DNA from: Leucoraja ocellata
Lineage: Eukaryota
Reading direction: 5' to 3'
DNA: 63,167 bases
NCBI GenBank assembly: GCA_036785375.1
Contig: JAWMAR010002559.1
Coordinates: 62,001-125,167 of the forward strand
The notes below the pieces were generated by a model. It was not told the origin of the DNA. It saw only the letters and a list, made by a program, of their open reading frames with translations, and searched no databases. Each line of letters opens with the position of its first letter. The first letter of the stretch is position 1. Positions 22,831 to 36,500 of the stretch are shown piece by piece. Position numbers and translations under genes: made by a program.

Positions 22831-25005
22831 CATCGTCGCAAGCAAGCTACACTGCAAGCAAGCTACACTGCAAGCAAGCTAACCCATTTAACCCCAGATG
22901 GGACATGACTGACTTATTGGAGGGAGTGCTGTACTGTGGGAAGAGTCCCTCACTATCTCTGCAACCCTATTCTGGCTGTGACCCTATTTTTGGTCTCTAC
23001 AACCCTCTCCCCACCAGCCCCTACACCCCTCCCTGTCAAATTGGAGGTGTTTAATCTAACGGGTGTGCCAGCTTCCTGTTTGACAGTGCCATGTTTAGGT
23101 TGCTGATTTGGATAAGTGCACTGATTCAAGAATTGTTTAGGAAAGAACTGCAGATACTGGTTTGGACAGGCAGCATCTCTGGATAGAAGAAGGGTCTCGA
23201 CCCGAAACATCACCCATACCTTCTCTCCAGAGATGCTGCCTGACCCGCTGAGTTACTGATTCAAGAATGTCTGCAATTGTGCAAGGCAAGTTTGCTCAAC
23301 TAACTATGCAAACTTTTATAATGAATTAGCAGAGGGTCAGAACCAAGAACAGAGAACAGCACAGGAACAGGCCCTTCGACCTAAAATGTCCGTGCCGAAC
23401 ATAATGCCAAATTAATCTTCTTTGCCTGTACATAATCTGGAAATCTCTGCATGTCCATGTGCCTATTTAAAGGCCACCAAAACACCTCTATTACCGCTGG
23501 GTCGACCATCACCCCTAGGCACCACCACTCTCTGGGTAAAAAATAATCCCACACATTTTAGATCTCGTTAAGTTTAGAGATACAGCGTGGAAACAGCCCC
23601 CTCGGCCCATTGAGTCCGCGCCGACCATCGATCACCCGTTCACACACTAGTTCTATGTTTAGTTTAGAGATACAGCGCGGAAACAGGTCCGTCGGTCCTT
23701 CAAGTCCGTGCCAACCAGCGATCCCTGCACAGTAACACCATTCGATACACACGAACAGTGGCGGACTGGCCAGGGTGTCAGCTTGCAAGTGGCAAGTGGG
23801 CCCCTGATGAAGTGGGCCCCATATATCAAATAAAAATGCAACAAAGAAACAAACACAGACAACTGTTTTAGTAATCAAAAGGAATAAGAAAAAAAAGAGA
23901 ACAGCACACAAATAAGCAGTGCATGAAAAGGAACAAAGCAGGAGAGGTAGTGGAAGGATGTGGAATAGGGGGGCTCGGGTCGGGCATAATTAAGGAAATT
24001 CAATGTTTGCAGCAAGAGTGTGTGAATTTAAAGATAAAGTTACAGTTCGTGGTTTGAGATGGTCGGCAACTTGAAAGGATATCAAGCCGTACATAGCGTC
24101 GTGAGGTCACCGAAAAGGAGAAGCGGTACATTTGACCGTGAATCATGAGGTCAAAGATATTGAAGTGATAAGCCATGAACGGTAAACTCAAAGGGTTGCG
24201 ACTTGTAACACTACACTGGTATCAAACTGGACATGTTCACTTTGGTCGTGGGACCATTATTAATGCCTTACTATAATCGGACCAAACTTCTAAGTTTCAA
24301 CAGTTGGCTCAGTTGCTTGCTGGTGTGAGCACTGGATAAGTGGATTGTCTCCTCTTCTGAAGCTGCATAGGCCACAGTAGTATTGACTAATGAACATAGC
24401 CTATTGAAGTGTAAGTAAGTTATTTGATATTTTTTATCAAGTATGGGGTTTATCTGGCGTTCTTTCAAGTTATTCTTGCAATCATCAATATTCATAATAT
24501 GTTTAATGTGGCATATGAAACGTATCTACATTGGAAATCTTCGTAAAGTTGTTGGGTGTATGTTTTCCTACCATTTGTAAATGCTCCGATTGAAAGTCTT
24601 TAAAGCAGTCTGAAGTTAATCAAAACCGAGCATAGAAATAGCCCCAAAAGAGAAAGTTACACGAGTTATTACATTCAAAAGAAGGGTTTGCAGTCATTGA
24701 GAAAATTGCTGATCAATTAGAGTTACATACCTATCCAGAAATGATCAGGCTTTTGAAGAATGTAAAAAGCAATGCCACCGATTCTGAGGCCAATATGGTT
24801 ATTGAAGAACATTATTTTGAAATTTTGAGTTTTTGTATATGTATTATAATGTAGGCTAACCTAGTGAAAGGAAATGTTAAGTTTTCAATAAAAGATCATT
24901 GTTGCATATAATTTCTTGTTGCATCATTCACCAGGCAGCTAGACGTGGCCTTTATCCTTTTATATATTTTTTCGAGTTTCGTATCGGTAAACAATATCCA
25001 AGTTC

Positions 25006-27830
25006 CATCTCCCAGAAGTACTGGAGGACAGAGGATCTAAGGGGGTAGAGGAACTGAAAGAAATTTTCATTAGGCGAGGAACAGTATTGGGTAGGCTAAT
25101 GGGACTGAAGGGTGATAAATCCCCTGGGCCTGATAGTCTGCATCCCAGGGTCTTCAGGGAGGTGGCTCTAGATATAGTGGACGCATTGGTGATCTTTTTG
25201 GAATTTTCAATAGATTCAGGATCAGTCCCTGTGGATTGGAGGATAGCTAATGTTATCCCACTTTTCAAGAAAGGAGTGAGAGAGAAAACGGGGAATTACA
25301 GACCAGTTAGCCTGACGTCGGTGGTGGGAAAGATGCTGGAGTCAATTATTAAAAAATAGGTAATAATAGAAACATAGAAACATAGAAATTAGGTGCAGGA
25401 GTAGGCCATTCAGCCCTTCGAGCCTGCACCGCCATTCAATATGATCATGGCTGATCATCCAACTCAGTATCCCGTACCTGCCTTCTCTCCATAACCCCTG
25501 ATCCCCTTAGTCACAAGGGCCACATCTAACTCCCTCTTAAATATAGCCAATGAACTGGCCTCAACTACCTTCTGTGGCAGAGAGTTCCAGAGATTCACCA
25601 CTCTCTGTGTGAAAAAAGTTCTTCTCATCTCGGTTTTAAAGGAGTTCCCCCTTATCCTTAAGCTGTGGCCCCTTGTCCTGGACTTCCCTAACATCGGGAA
25701 CAATCTTCCTGCATCTAGCCTGTCCAACCCCTTAAGAATTTTGTAAGTTTCTATAAGATCCCCTCTCAATCTCCTAAATTCTAGAGAGTATAAACCAAGT
25801 CTATCCAGTCTTTCTTCATAAGACAGTCCTGAGATCCAAGGAATCAGTCTGGTGAACCGTCTCTGCACTCCCTCTATGGCAATAATGTCCTTCCTCAGAT
25901 TTGGAGACCAAAACTGTACGCAACACTCCAGGTGTGGTCTCACCAAGACCCTGTACAACTGCAGTAGAACCTCCCTGCTCCTATACTCAAATCCTTTTGC
26001 AATGAAAGCTAACATACCATTCGCTTTCTTTACTGCCTGCTGCACCTGCATGCCTACCTTCAATGACTGGTGTACCATGACACCCAGGTCTCGCTGCATC
26101 TCCCCATTTCCCAATCGGCCACCATTTAGATAATAGTCTGCTGTCCCGTTTTTGCCACCAAAATGGATAACCTCACATTTATCCACATTATACTGCATCT
26201 GCCAAACATTTGCCTACTCACACAGCCTATCCAAGTCACCTTGCAGTCTCCTAGCATCCTCCTCACAGCTAACACTGCCCCCCAGTTTAGTGTCATCTGC
26301 AAACTTGGAGATATTGCCTTCAATTCCCTCATCCAGATCATTAATATATATTCTAAATAGCTGGGGTCCCAGCACTAAGCCTTGCGGTACCCCACTAGTC
26401 ACTGCCTGCCATTGTGAAAAGGACCCGTTTACTCCTACTCTTTGCTTCGTTTGCCAGCCAGTTCTCTATCCACATCAATACCGAACCCCCAATGCCTTGT
26501 GCCTAATGGGGCATTTGGGTAGCAGTAAAAGGATTAGTCCAAGTCAACATGGATTTATGATAGGGAAATCATGCTTGACTAATCTTGTGGAATTTTCTGA
26601 GGATGTGTCAAGTAAAATGGCTGAAGGGGTGCCAGTGGATGTAGTGTATCTAGACTTTCAGAAAGCCTTTCATAAGGTCCCACTCGGGAGACTGGTGACT
26701 AAAATTAGAGCACATGGTATTGGGGGTAGGGTGTTGACATGGATAGAAAATTGGTTGGCAGACCGGAAGCAAAGAGTGGGAGTGAACGGGTCCTATTCAG
26801 AATGGCAGGCAGTGGCGAGTGGAGTGCCGCAAGGCTCGGTGTTGGGGCCACAACTGTTTACCATATACATTAATGATTTGGAAGAGGGAATTAGGAGCAA
26901 CACTAGCAAGTTTGCGGATGACACAAAGCTGGGTGGCAGTGTGAACAGTGAAAAGGATGTTAGGAGGTTGCAGGGTGACCTGCACAGGTTGAGTGAGTGG
27001 GCAGATGCGTGGCATGCAGTATAATATAGATAAATGTGAGGTTATCCACTTTGGCGGCAAAAACAAGGGGGCAGATTATTATCTCAATGGGGTTAGGTTA
27101 GGTAAGGGGGAGGTGCAGCAAGACCTGGGTGTCCTTGTACACCGGTCACTGAAAGTTGGCGTGCAGGTACAGCAGGCAGTGAAGAAAGCTAATGGAATGT
27201 TGGCCTTCATAACAAGAGGATTTCAGTATAGGAGTAGAGAAGTCTTCTGCAGTTGTATAGAGCTCTGGTGAGACCACATCTGGAGTATTGTGTACAGTTT
27301 TGGTCTCCTAATTTGAGGAAGAACATCCTTGTGATTGAGGCAGTGCAGCGTAGGTTCACGAGATTGATCCCTGGGATGGCGGGACTGTCATATGAGAAAA
27401 GATTGAAAAGGCTAGGCTTGTATTAAACTGGAGTTTAGAAGGTTGAGGGGGATCTTATAGAAACATATAAAATTCTAAAAGGACTGAACAAGTTAAATGC
27501 AGGAAAAATGTTCCCAATGTTGGGCTAGTCCAGAACCAGGGGCACAGTCTTAGAATAAAGGGGCGGCCATTTAAGACTGAGGTGAGAAAAAACTTTTTCT
27601 CCAAGAGTTGTGAATTTATGGAATTCCCTGCCACAGAGGGCAGTGGAGGCCAAATCACTGGATGGATTTAAGAGAGAGTTAGATAGAGCTCTAGGGGCTA
27701 GTGGAGTCAAGGAATATGGGGAGAAGGCAAGCACGGGTGATTGATAGGGGACGATTAGCCATGATCACAATGAATGGCAGTGCTGGCTCGAAGGGCCGCA
27801 TGGCCTCTTGCACCCATTTTCTATGTTTCT
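25006..27830 (+). mobile_element. CR1 LINE nested in the hAT element
   Basis: KSPGPDSLHPRV, SQHGF..KSCLTNL, SGVPQGSVLGP, KFADDTK; AAGTTC at both junctions. Confidence 0.9.
25366..26503 (-). mobile_element. Young CR1 3' fragment nested antisense in the preceding CR1
   Basis: Open ORF 25464-26198; (TTTCTATG)n tail; the host CR1 reading resumes at TAATGGGGC 26504. Confidence 0.92.
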
Positions 27831-28424
27831 AAGTTCAACTACATGAGAATTCAAACGTAAATTACTAGTTATGCATGGTAATGATCTCATTTACATAAAT
27901 CGACAACAACATATGTCAGAAATACTCCGCAATCTATCAATGTGGTTAATGATGCCACCTTAGATAATTTGTTTGCAGCAGCATCACTAATTAAAAGGAA
28001 AGAAGAAGTATTAAAGCAGAGAAGTATTGTCATGAGGATTATAGACATCATGAAGATGTTAGGCAAGCAAGCACTTCCTTTTCGAGGTCACAGAAATGAA
28101 TCGGCCTACATTCTAGATAATGAGGTTCAGAATCAAGGCAATTTTTTAGCTACAGTGTAGCTGATGGCAAAATATAACCCCATTATGGCAGCTCGTGTTT
28201 CTGCAGTGCAAAACAAGTCTAAACAAAGAATCAAATGATTAGAGCAACAAGGAAAGGCTCAAAGTAAAGGCCGTGGTGGACTTGTTACATACCTGAGTAA
28301 AACTACTATAAGCATGTTAATCAAAATTATGAAGAATATGATACAAGAAAGAATTAGTCATGAAGTTTCTCAAGCACAATATTATTCTATTGGTTGATTC
28401 AACACAAGATAAAATTCATCCATC

Positions 28425-31400
28425 GATTGATACAAATACATCGATAGATGCTCCTGAACACATCATCAGTGATGTAACCTGGGGTCATTGGGCGTTTCAG
28501 GTCTTTCAACATCAGACACCCTCACCCAGGCGACCCAGCCGTGGTTGATCAGACCACGACTTGTGTTCAGGTGGCATTCGCTCCTCCCCATTGTCTTCCT
28601 CTCCTGATCCAGAGCCATCTCGAGGCCTTCTCCGCTGCCTCTGTGATGTTCTTGATGGCCCTTCTCCTTGCCACTCCGTTTATGTCCAGTGCACTCAAGG
28701 CTTTGTAGAGCGATTGCCCTGCAAAACCTCTGCAGCCAACCTCGATGGGCATACACCTTGCCTTCCAGCCCTGCTTGCGGCAGTCTATGACCAGTTCTTC
28801 ATATTTGGCCATCTTCTTCTCGTGGGCCTCCTCCAGACGGTCCTCCCACGGCACTGTCATGTCCAACAAGACAATGTTTTTGGTCGCCTCTGAGACCAGG
28901 AGGATATCTGGCCTCAGGGTGGTCGTGGCAATGTGCTGTGGGAACTTCAGCTGTTTCACCAGGTCTACGGAAAGCTGCCAGTCCTGCGCAGTCGCCAGGA
29001 TTCCTGACGGATTCCTGGCTGCTGTGGTTCTTGGCAGCTGCACTCCGGCCTTCGCGAAGGTGATCATCTGGGTGGTGGGGCGTTCTCGTCTGCAGCTCCT
29101 GATTCCCATGCTGATGGCTTCTGCAATGGGTTTGAGAACCTGGTCGTGACGCCATGTGTACCGGCCCTGCCCAAGAGTCTTTGGGCAACAGCTCAGGATG
29201 TGTTCCAACGTCCCCTTGCCTGAGCATTGCGGGCAATCTGGAGATTCCGCTTTGCCCCAGATGAAGAGGTTCGATGGGCTGGGCAGGACATCATACACTG
29301 CCTGGACCAGGAACTTGATGCGCTGTGGTTCAGCCTGCCAGAGCTCAGTCCATGTGACTTTTCGGTCCATGGCCTGCTCCCACCTTGTCCAGGCTCCCTG
29401 CTGCCTCAATCCAACTGCTCTGGTACACCTCTCCTCCTCCACCACTGCCCTCACTTCATCCTGGACCAGCCTGCACCTCTCCTTCCCCTTGGCCTTGTCA
29501 AACTGGGGAGATGGGAAGATTCCCAGGCCTGCTCTTCCCCGAGTCACTGCTCCCACCAGGACTCTGTGGCGTATCCAGGACTCTGCTTGCAGCACGGCTT
29601 CGCCGGCTCTCCACTTCCTCCCAGTTTTCACATCCACCCCTGCTTGAGCCACCTTGGGGTCGCTGGAGTCCCTGTACAGCATCACCTCTCTGGCCCGAGT
29701 CACCTTGAACTCCTCCTCCAGGGACTTCAGGGGCAGCTGGAGCTTGGTGTTATTTCCGTAAAGGGCGATGGTGCTAAGGCTCCTGGGCAGTCCCAGCCAC
29801 CTTCTGAGAAAGCTGCTGACTTTCCTCTCCAATCTCTCTACGATGGATATTGGGACTTCGTAGACAAGCAGTGGCCAGAGTATCCTTGGCAGGATACCAT
29901 GCTGGTAAATCCATGCCTTTAACTTGCCGGGAAGCCCCGACCGATCCACTGCTCTCAACCAGCTCTCCAGCTCCTGTCAGGTTGCCTGGACAGATGCTGT
30001 ATCCTTCAGGCTGCTGTTAAACACCTTGCCAAGACTCTTCACCGGCCTTTCAGAGACAGTTGGGATTGGTGTCCCTTCGATGTTGAAGCGGAACCTGTCC
30101 ATGACTTTGCCCTTCTTCAGCACCAGTGACCTTGATTTTCCTGGCTTAAACCTCATCCTTCCCCATCCAATCAGTTTCCCCAACCCCTGCAGGATCCACC
30201 TGCCTCCTGGCACTGACTCAGTGGTCGGCCATGAAGGCTCTGATTGGTGGTTGCCGCATTCCTGACTTGGTCCGAGGGCCCCGGCACTCTGTCTCAGCAG
30301 ACTTGACGATCATGTTCATCGCCAAGGCAACAAGGATCACAGAGATGGTACGGCCTGTGATGATCCCAACCTCCAGTGTGTGCCACTCTGATGTTACTGA
30401 CCCTGGTGAGACGTTCATGCTGAACTGGTTGTAATAGTCCAGGATGAGATCTGCCACTTAACCCGGCACATGATGCTTGGCCATGACTGTCTGGATCAGC
30501 TTGTGCGGGATGGAGCTGTAGGCGTTGGCCAGGTCAAGCCAGAGCACTGTCAGGTCACCCTTGTTCTCCCTGGCTTCTCTGATGAGCTGGGTCACCACTC
30601 CCGTGTGCTCTAGACACACCGGCACTCCAGATAAGCCTGCCTTTTGCACTGAGCTGTCGATGTAGCCATTGCTGGAGAGGATGTTGGTTAGCCGCCTCGA
30701 CGCTATATGCTGAAGAAAATCTTGCCTTCAACACTTAGCAAGGAGATGGTTCTGAACTGATCGATCTTTTAGGAATCTTCCTCCTTTGGGATCCAGACTC
30801 CTTCAGCGAATCGCCACTGCTGCACCACTTTTCCTCTCCTCCAGATGTCTTTCAGGATCTTCCACAGCAGTTTCAGTAACAAGGGGCAGTTCTTGTAGAC
30901 CTTGTAGGGGACTCCGCTCGGGCCACGGGCTGAGCCAGCTCTTGCTCTCTTCACAACGTCCTGGACCTCTTTCAGGAGTGGCTATCTACTATCAAACTCC
31001 TTGATGGGTGGAGGTGGTTTTATCAGGATGTTGCATTGGCCCAGCTCCTGCTGCCTGATGGGGTCACTGTAGGTCGTCTGGATGTGCCGGTCGATCTCCT
31101 CCTTAGGGCAAGCCAAACTCCCACTGCGCTTCTGCCCGAGTAGTTGTTTGGTGAAGCCGAAGGGGTTGGCTATGAAGGATGCTCGCTTCCTGGCTATTTC
31201 CTTCCGGCGTCTTCGGTGCCACTCAGCCCTACGGAGGATCATCAGCTTCTTCCTCAGGATGGTTCACAGCTCAGTCAAGGGGGGGCGTTGCTCTTCCCTG
31301 GCCCCTTCATACTGCTTCTTGAGAGACTTCATCTCCTGCCGGATCTTGTGGATCTTCGTTGCTCGTTGGTTCATGGTGAAAGGTGTTCAGGACGGCTTCT

Positions 31401-32111
31401 TCTCCACTTCTCCAAACCTTTCCACAGCTAGCCTGATGATGATTGTTGTCATCGACCGCAGCCTTTGGTACATGTCTCCCTTCACAGTTGCTTCCAGCAC
31501 CTTGTCAACGTCCTCGTCGAACTGATGCCAGACTGCCGTCTTGCAGGCCTGAGGCCATCTGACTCGAACCTTCTCCGGAGAACTGTTCCAAGGGACTAGT
31601 TGCGCCACTTGGAGGCTTCGGGCTCTATGGGGTGATTCCGGGCCTGGCTCCTCCTGTGTCTCACCAGGTAAAATACCTGTGCGTTGTGACACTCCCTGTC
31701 CATCCAAACACTTCATCCGGATCTGGTGAATCTTCAGGCCTTGGCTGTTCTTGCAAACCTTACCACATTTGCATTTGATACTCATAGTCGGTTGTCCATT
31801 GCCATTAGTCGTGAGCCTTTGATCCGTCCAATAGAGGTGCTCATCCTCCCCCCCTTTCGGGCACCCTGGGGGTATTTTTCCATGTGTTTATCTGTAGCGT
31901 GATTTGGGTCTCCTCCTCTCAGAGGATGCGGTTTGGGCTGCCAACCCGCCCCACCCCAGTTACCGTCTTTCCGAGCTGTCCACTGTCTCTCCAGTCGTCA
32001 CCACCCTATTCTTGGTTGTCAACCAGTCTATTCCTGGTTGCCACTGGTTTCACCAGCACAGTGATTGATACAAATACATCAATAGATGCTCCTGAACACA
32101 TCATCAGTGAT
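28425..32111 (-). mobile_element. HERO-like non-LTR retrotransposon with a restriction-like endonuclease, near full length, frameshifted
   Basis: N-terminal CKCGKVCKNSQGLKIH zinc finger, RT (WLDLANAY), CCHC knuckle CPQC..EHILSCC, RHD and RPDILL REL motifs (ORF 28567-29958); interrupts the hAT transposase. Confidence 0.85.
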
Positions 32112-35100
32112 CAGTAGCATTATTATTCGGTATGTGCTTAAAGGTATTATCTGTGAGCGACTACCTTCAGTTGTGCCAAGTAATAATGGTACAGGACAGG
32201 GACTTTTTGATCTATTGATTGAAACATTACAGCATCTTAAAATCGCCCCCCAAAAATGTTTATCTGATAGTACAGATGGCGCTGCAAGCTACCATGGCCA
32301 GTATAATGGATTACAAAGTAAAATTGCTGATGTGGCTGATCAACATGTTCATATGTGGTCCTATGCCCATGTCTTGAATTTGGTGATAACTGAAACAACA
32401 AAGTGTTGTATGCCTGCAGTTTCTTTTTTCAATTTGCTCCAGAATATAGCAACTTTTATGAAAGCATCATACAAGAGAATGGCTGTATGGATAGAAGTTG
32501 GTGGAAAACATCTAGGACAAGAAAAAATGAAACGATTAAAGCTAATTGGTGAGACCAGATGGTCAGGAAAATCCAATGCAGCAACAACTATATTTGGACG
32601 TTTTGATGATGCCGCTGCCAGTACTTTCGTAAATCTATTGACATGCTTATTATCAATGATACAAGATTCAGAAAAGTTTGATGCAAAAACAAAACATGAA
32701 GCAAATGTTTTACTTCAAAGTCTTCTAAAGTTTGAAACCATATTGACAGCATTTACTTACTTGTATATATTTGAAACTACAAACCTGTTGTCAAGTTATC
32801 TACAGACAAGTGGTTTAGATATTTTTACAGCATGGAGTTTGCTAGATTCAGCTACAACAAACTTGAAGGAACAGACAAGAACATTTGATAACGTTCACAG
32901 CAAGGCTTTGGAATTTGTAAATAAGTGTAATGACAGGATTTCACAGATGAATATGGATGAAAATCACACATTGGAAATTGATGCATTGGAAACAGCATTG
33001 CCAGTTAAGGCAGAGGAAGAAGAAAAGAATGGCAGATGAGCTTATTGATGATGAAAGGAATTCCTGATTCTCTTGCTGATTTTGGGGTAAATGTGTTTAA
33101 CCCAATAATGGATCGCATTGTCCAGTCACTAGAATCACGCTTTGTACAACACAAACAGTTGTATAAAGAATTGTCCTGCTTGGACCCAGCAAAGTTTAAA
33201 ACTATTGCAGAGAAGGGCCTTGAAGATGAAGCATTGGAAGATATTATTAAGCTTTTTCCACAAATCAGCAAAGATCAAGTAATATTGGAATTGTTTTCTT
33301 TTGCTTCAAACTTTGATGTATAAAAACTATTGCTTAATGATGGTGAGAATATGGATTCCAGTTGCAACAATTGTAAAATTTGCAGCACTTGCCCATCGGT
33401 GTTCTAAAAATTCTGGCATCCAACAGACTTCATAACACGGCATATGATAACCTTTATGAACTTTATAAAGTCATCTGCACACTATCAGTTACTCAATCCA
33501 ACGTGAGAGGACATTTTCAAACCTAAAGATTATAAAGACAAGGTTAAGAAATTCACTCTCTGAGGAGAATTTTGAATCATACATGTTGATATCCATTGAA
33601 AAGGAATTGTTAGATGAATTGGATGCAGAAGCAATTATTGGCAGATTCGCACAATCATCTGCGAACACAAATGATTGCTCTTAATATAGTAGACCATGCA
33701 ATGCTCTATTGTGCTTTTGAACTATGTTAATGTGTAAATTGTGCAGTAAACTATTTAAAAATATCAACCATTTACTTAATGTAAAAAAGTAAATAAAGAA
33801 TTCAATTATAACATTCTGTATTTAGATTTGGTATCGACTGCCAGTAATATGTACAGTACATGTACACTGTAATTACTAAGAAATACACATTTTTTCCACA
33901 AACATTTTAATTGTACCCTTTTTTCCCCATATGTATTTTTTGAAAATGTTATTTATTCGTTATGAAAATTAAATGATAGCATTGTAGTTGTGGGTGGGCC
34001 CCCTTTGTCTCCTGGCAACCAATATTTTTAGACCCCGTCCGCCACTGTGTGACTGAGTGAGTTTGCTGACGACACAAAGGTTGGAGGAGTTGCAGACAGT
34101 GAGTAAGCTGTCGGAAGATATGTTGGGATGAAAATCAGATGCAGAAATGGGCGGAGAAATGGCAGACGGAGCTTAATCCGAGCAAGTGTGAGGTGCGCAC
34201 TTTGGGAGGATGAAGGCACAAGGAGAGAGTGTAGAGTTAATGGCAAGACCATTAACAGCATTGATTTTTTTTAGTTTACTTTAGAGAAACAGCGCAGAAA
34301 CTTTGCAGCACACACTGGGGACAATTTACATTTATACTAAGCCAATTAACCAACAAACTGTACCTCTTTGGAGTGTGGGAGGAAACATAAGATCTCGGGG
34401 AAACACACACACACACACGTACAAACTCCGTACAGACAAGCACCTATAGTCGGGATTGAACCTGGGTCTGTGGCGCTGTTAGGCAAGATGCTGGTGATCT
34501 CGGGCTTGTCCCAACATCTTATTCCTGTGATCTTCAAAGGAGGTGTTGTGGCGACCTCAGGCTTCTTTCTGCAGTCCACCTTTGCCATAAGCAGTGCTGG
34601 CAGTGCAGATTTCTTCCTGGCAGCTCAACCTTTGAGCTTGAAGAAGTGATGATTGCAGTATCTCGATTATCCTGTCGGGCAGTCTATGCCTGTGTGTATG
34701 TGTGTGGGTACAGTCCCTCGTTGTCTTTGGGCCAGAAGAATCACTGGCACCTCAGGCTTGCCAAGGCCACTCTATAAGCCTGAGGTTGAAGCCTTGTATA
34801 GGCTTCTTTCCAGCAGTCCAGACCTGACCATTGCAGGTGGTCTCGGGTTTGGCCTAGTGGCTCAGTCTTCCTTGAACCTGTGACAGGGGGATCGCAAGGA
34901 CAGCATGGTGGCACAGCGGTAGAGTTGCTGCCTTACAACGCCAGGGACCCAAGTTAGATTCTGCCTATGGGTGCTGTCTGTATTGTGTTGACACGTTCTC
35001 CCTGTGACCATGTGTGTTTCCTCCAGGTGCTCCGGTTTCCTCCCATATTCAAGAGACAGACAGGTTTACAGATTAATTGGCCACTGTAAATAGTCCCTAG

Positions 35101-36376
35101 TGTGTAGGATAGAACTAATGTAAAGGTGGTCGCTGGTCGGCGGGGACCCAGTTTCTGTTTCCACATTGTATCTGCGATTAAACTAAAATGAAAACTCTGA
35201 CTTCTTTCTGGTCTTCTCCCGGTCTGTCCATCGGGCGAGAATGCGTGTGTTCCCGCCAGGGGCGGTGAGGAGGGAGAACTGTGCTTTGGAAGGGGTGGTG
35301 AGCAGGGAATGCTGCATTGTATTAGGGAGAGTGAGGAGGGAGAACTACACTGTGGGTGGAGGGGGTGAAGGAGTTCCGTGTTGCGGAAGGGATGATGAGG
35401 AAGCGCTGTTCTGTGAGAGGAATAGGAGGTGCAACTCCAGAGCCAACAATATCATGAGCGACCCCTTCCACCCCTGCAACGGACTGTTCCAGCTGCTACA
35501 TTCAGGCAAATGCCTCCGTTGCCATGCGGTCAGAACGGAGAGGTTGAGAAGGAGTTTCTTCCCAGAGGCCATTCGGACTGTAAACGCCTATCTCACCAGG
35601 AACTAACTCTACTGAACGTTTTTCCTTCCATTATATATTATGTAAAAGAATATGTGTGTTATGATTGTGTTTATAGTTTGTTTGGTTGTTTGTCTTTTGC
35701 ACAAAAGTCCACGAGCATTGCCACTTTAATTTCACTGCACATCTAGCATGTGTATGTGACAAATAAACTTGACTTGACTTGTTCACTCCTTACCCTGCCT
35801 CACCATCCCTCAGTCCCTCCTGACTTCCCCTCAAACCCTCGTCCATCACAACTCAGACCCTCCTACCCTCTGTCCCTCACAACAGTCCTTCCTCACAGAG
35901 TCCCGACTGGAAACGTGGCCTATCCATGTCCTCCACAAATGCTGCCTGACCCACTGAATTACTCCAGTGCTGTGTTGATTTGTAATCCTGCATCAGCAGT
36001 TCCTTGCGTCTCGCCCCCATTTCCTGACATCGACCTCGCTCTCCCTTCCGCCCACACTCACCGGGGTCCCACACACACACACGGTTTCCTCGCCTACCAT
36101 GGGAACCTCACAGTGGATGGAGGAGCAGGGTCCACGTCACAAGCGCATCGTACACAGACTGGGGAAACCGCTTGCATGAGCCGCGTGTGCATCAATGCAG
36201 CGTTGCTGAGGGTGAAGCCGGCCGGCCTCAGACACATTCACAAAGTAAACCAGTGGAGTGAAATGGAAGGACCTGGTCTCAGAAAGCATTTAGATATCAT
36301 GTAGGAGAAAAAAACTCATATCAGCATGCATCATTAAAAAAAAGCAAATAAAAGGGAAGTAATATTTTCCACAAAC

Positions 36377-36500
36377 CCCAATGACAAGCACGGCTTCATA
36401 ATTCTGCTTCATGTTCTTATAACGGACCTTCACCCAGTCACTTATTTCTTCAAACTTTTCCATGGAAAAATAGCCAGCAATGTCTTTGAACGTCAACATC
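36377..36500 (-). pseudogene. PRDM9: PRDM9/SSX-type ancestral KRAB exon
   Basis: FKDIAGYFSMEKFEEISDWVKVRYKNMKQNYEAVLVIG matches the recalled PRDM9 KRAB ([38 protein letters not shown]); tttgtttttccag acceptor; no recognisable SSXRD/PR-SET exons downstream. Confidence 0.8.

Larger units (their letters stand above)
23756..34047 (+). mobile_element. hAT-superfamily DNA transposon (ZMYM1-like/DUF4371-type transposase), inactivated
   Basis: TIRs CAGTGGCGGAC(T/G)GG at both ends; transposase pieces LGKQALPFRGH..QGNFL, DSTQD..IIIRYV, DGAA, ETRWS, ERTFS-LKIIKTRLRNSL; stops and frameshifts. Confidence 0.88.

Noticed and set aside
28455-28530. Hammerhead or C/D-box reading of CTGATGA in the HERO terminal repeat
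   Set aside because: Could not build the required stems or box spacing by eye
32086-33039. ZMYM1-like host gene
   Set aside because: Lies within TIRs, has stops and frameshifts and nested TEs: a dead hAT transposase
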